Origin: an uncultured delta proteobacterium
GTDB lineage: Bacteria; Desulfobacterota; Desulfobacteria; Desulfobacterales; SG8-13
Assembly: GCA_963848135.1 (NCBI GenBank)
Contig: CAWKCK010000001.1
Location: 186,001-250,000, forward strand
Direction of reading: 5' to 3'
Length of the DNA stretch: 64,000 nucleotides
Shown one piece after another: positions 61,873-64,000 of this stretch. A program made the translations under genes and the position numbers. Under the pieces are notes generated by a model. The model had not been told where the DNA came from, ran no database searches, and saw only the letters and a list, made by a program, of their open reading frames with translations. The stretch's first letter is position 1. Every line of letters begins with the position of its first letter.

Positions 61873-62038
61873 TTGACGGAAGCCTTTTAATGGGTGCCAA
61901 TAGCTGGATTTTCAGTTTCCAAGGATTTTCTAAGTTTAGAATTTGGCTATCACAAGTCTTTGAGGTACATCCACAGTTTCGATAGATAGCAGGTATCTTT
62001 AATTCAATTCGCTTTCAGGCAAAAGACTGTAATCTGAC

Positions 62039-62503
62039 TCACCGATTCTTAGAATCTTTACATTCAAGCTTCTGGATAATTGCCCTGCAAAAATCTTTTC
62101 TTTCTTTGTCCAAGCAATATTTGTGAATCGGGTTTAATAGTTTATATACCCCGTGTGTTTTCGGGACCACGGTGTGGACCACTTTGGTCGTATGGTCTTC
62201 TGAGAGCAACTGATAATCTATGTAGGATGAAAACAGAGGAAAAATAGAAAAGGTTGTTTGATCAATCGCAAACCTGACTGGAGGGTCGTATCTGACTATT
62301 TTCCCGACGCTTTTGCAACCAAAACGCATCTTGTCCACGAATGTTGTATTCAAACCTTTGGTTATTTCCGAAGTTATCGTTGTCCCATAGTAGACCCAAC
62401 TGCATTGAGGGGCCCAATCATTGTAATGCGCGATGTCGCTGATAACTTCGAAAACTTCGTTGATTGGCTTTCTTACAGCAAATTTTACCATTGCGGGTTT
62501 CAT
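62039..62503 (-). CDS. SRPBCC (polyketide cyclase/START-like) family protein
   Basis: P..EVF..ISD...Y..W, G..T.F, YDPP.RF. Confidence 0.75.
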   Translation of the reverse strand: MKPAMVKFAVRKPINEVFEVISDIAHYNDWAPQCSWVYYGTTITSEITKGLNTTFVDKMRFGCKSVGKIVRYDPPVRFAIDQTTFSIFPLFSSYIDYQLLSEDHTTKVVHTVVPKTHGVYKLLNPIHKYCLDKERKDFCRAIIQKLECKDSKNR

Positions 62504-62549
62504 ATCTTAGCCTCGATGAATATTTGCATACCAGCGGCGACCCAGCCTT

Positions 62550-64000
62550 CTAAGCCATTAGGGGTATACCTGCTTTTCTTAAATCATTATGCTGGCGTTC
62601 CAAATGTGTTTTGTACTTATAGAGCCCATAGCTTTTATCCCATTCAAGGGAATAACCGGGAAACTCCCTCATGACATTCCGTGCGGCCCGTCGTGCATCT
62701 TTCTCACGCCCAAGTCTTACGTAGTTCATAGCCAAGAGAGCATAATACAAATACAATAAATCGGTCTCATTCCGGCTAATGGACAAATCCTTGAACTGTT
62801 TCGCGGTCTCCAATGCTTCGCGAAACTTGTCCAAGTAATAGTAGCACAACGCAAGTTCCGCTAAAAACCAGGTGGGATAAAACGGTTGAAGGCGTAGAGC
62901 CTTTCTGACCATCACGATGGCTTCCTCGAATCTCCCATTAAACCGGAGTATATGCGCCATAACGGCATGGACATCGGCGCTGTTTGGGCCCAAAACAATG
63001 GCTTGTTGTCCTTTTTCGACCGCCATGCTGTGCTCGCCATTGTAAAGGTGAAAAATTCCCGACAATATATGGACCTCCGGATGATGATCATCCAAGGAAC
63101 GCGCTCTTTCGACCATCAATATAGCATTTTGGAAAGATGCTTCACGGGAATCACTCCATCCAAACCTGGCTTCAAATATGTTTACCCATGCGATCAGGAT
63201 GTACGGATCGATGTAACTTTCATCCGCTTCAATAGCCTCGTATGACAGCTGTTTCGCTTTGAAATGGCCCTCCTTGGTGATGCCCCACAGTTGGTTACGT
63301 GCCTGAAGATATTTCAGATACGACTCAAGGTTATTTGTCCTTTTAGCCCAGAATGCGGCCTGCTCGCCTTCAGTGAGTTTCACCTGCAAAGCTGTCAATA
63401 CCTTGAAAGCGATTTCATCTTGCAAACTGAAGATATCATTAAGCTCACGATCATATCTATTCGCCCACAGGTGATACCCTGATACGGCGTCCACTAGTTG
63501 AGCAGTTATTCGCAGCCGTTTTTTTGACTTTCGCAAACTACCCTCAAGGATGTACTGTACACCCAGTTCCAGACTTATTCGCTGGACTTTTACCGACCGA
63601 TTTTTATACACGAACGATGAATTGCGGGCGATTACGAAAATTTTCGGTACTTTAGAGAGTGCTGTAATGATCTCCTCAGCAATTCCGTCACTGATATATT
63701 CCTGCCCAGGATCTTCACTCAAATTGTCGAATGGCAAAACGGCGATGGAGGGATCTGTTGGGATCTCATGCTTTGTGTCCGAGCTTGGAATCGAGAAGTC
63801 TGAATTTTTCAAGACTCGAAAGACTTTGACTGGATCGGAAATATTCTTGACAGTGTGTTCGCCAATATATTCATATCCCAAATCAAGCTTATTTTTAATT
63901 TGGTCATATACGCTCTTCGAAAGACAAATACCTCCCGGATTTGAGAGGCTTTCAATCCTTGCCGCGATATTTACAGCATCACCATAAATTCGTTCCCCCC
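62550..64000 (-). CDS. Class III adenylate cyclase-TolB-like-TPR protein; 5' end lies outside the window
   Basis: Frame open to the edge: IYGDAVNIAARIE, GEHTVKNI, PSIAVLPFDN, VIARNSSF, then TPRs. Confidence 0.9.
   Translation of the reverse strand, partial: GERIYGDAVNIAARIESLSNPGGICLSKSVYDQIKNKLDLGYEYIGEHTVKNISDPVKVFRVLKNSDFSIPSSDTKHEIPTDPSIAVLPFDNLSEDPGQEYISDGIAEEIITALSKVPKIFVIARNSSFVYKNRSVKVQRISLELGVQYILEGSLRKSKKRLRITAQLVDAVSGYHLWANRYDRELNDIFSLQDEIAFKVLTALQVKLTEGEQAAFWAKRTNNLESYLKYLQARNQLWGITKEGHFKAKQLSYEAIEADESYIDPYILIAWVNIFEARFGWSDSREASFQNAILMVERARSLDDHHPEVHILSGIFHLYNGEHSMAVEKGQQAIVLGPNSADVHAVMAHILRFNGRFEEAIVMVRKALRLQPFYPTWFLAELALCYYYLDKFREALETAKQFKDLSISRNETDLLYLYYALLAMNYVRLGREKDARRAARNVMREFPGYSLEWDKSYGLYKYKTHLERQHNDLRKAGIPLMA

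Larger units (their letters stand above)
60347..61896 (+). mobile_element. IS110-family (IS1111-type) element, copy 2
   Basis: 1550 bp and near-identical to 31592-33141 (one synonymous GTG/GTA difference noticed at about 60814). Confidence 0.9.

Noticed and set aside
25..63987. Numerous antisense and nested ORFs in the ORF track
   Set aside because: They are shadows of well-supported genes on another strand or frame, with no motifs of their own.

Overview
This looks like a deltaproteobacterial (Desulfobacterales-like) chromosome; that assignment is inferred from the gene content. Bases 1-5500 are a GC-richer, compact minus-strand block: a lipoprotein, a PaaI thioesterase, a molybdopterin oxidoreductase, a THUMP RNA methyltransferase and a DMT transporter. 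From about 5.7 kb to the end is an AT-richer accessory mosaic. It holds a sigma54-controlled hydrolase/oxidoreductase cluster, secreted beta-propeller and hydrolase genes, cytochromes, a cobalamin-riboswitch-controlled cbiK, two class III cyclases and many gene remnants. Mobile DNA is dense: two IS3, one IS256, two near-identical IS110/IS1111 copies, a truncated IS110, a class D-like group II intron, a four-ORF element with two DDE transposases, a two-tyrosine-recombinase element, Tn7-like end remnants and several dispersed repeats. The best finding is at 5902-6666 (-). The ORF caller split it, but it reads as one MerB (organomercurial lyase)-like gene in which both catalytic cysteine codons are in-frame TGA, each followed by a SECIS-like hairpin. 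That predicts a double-selenocysteine MerB with no mer operon nearby. All product calls come from motif recognition by eye; no searches were run.
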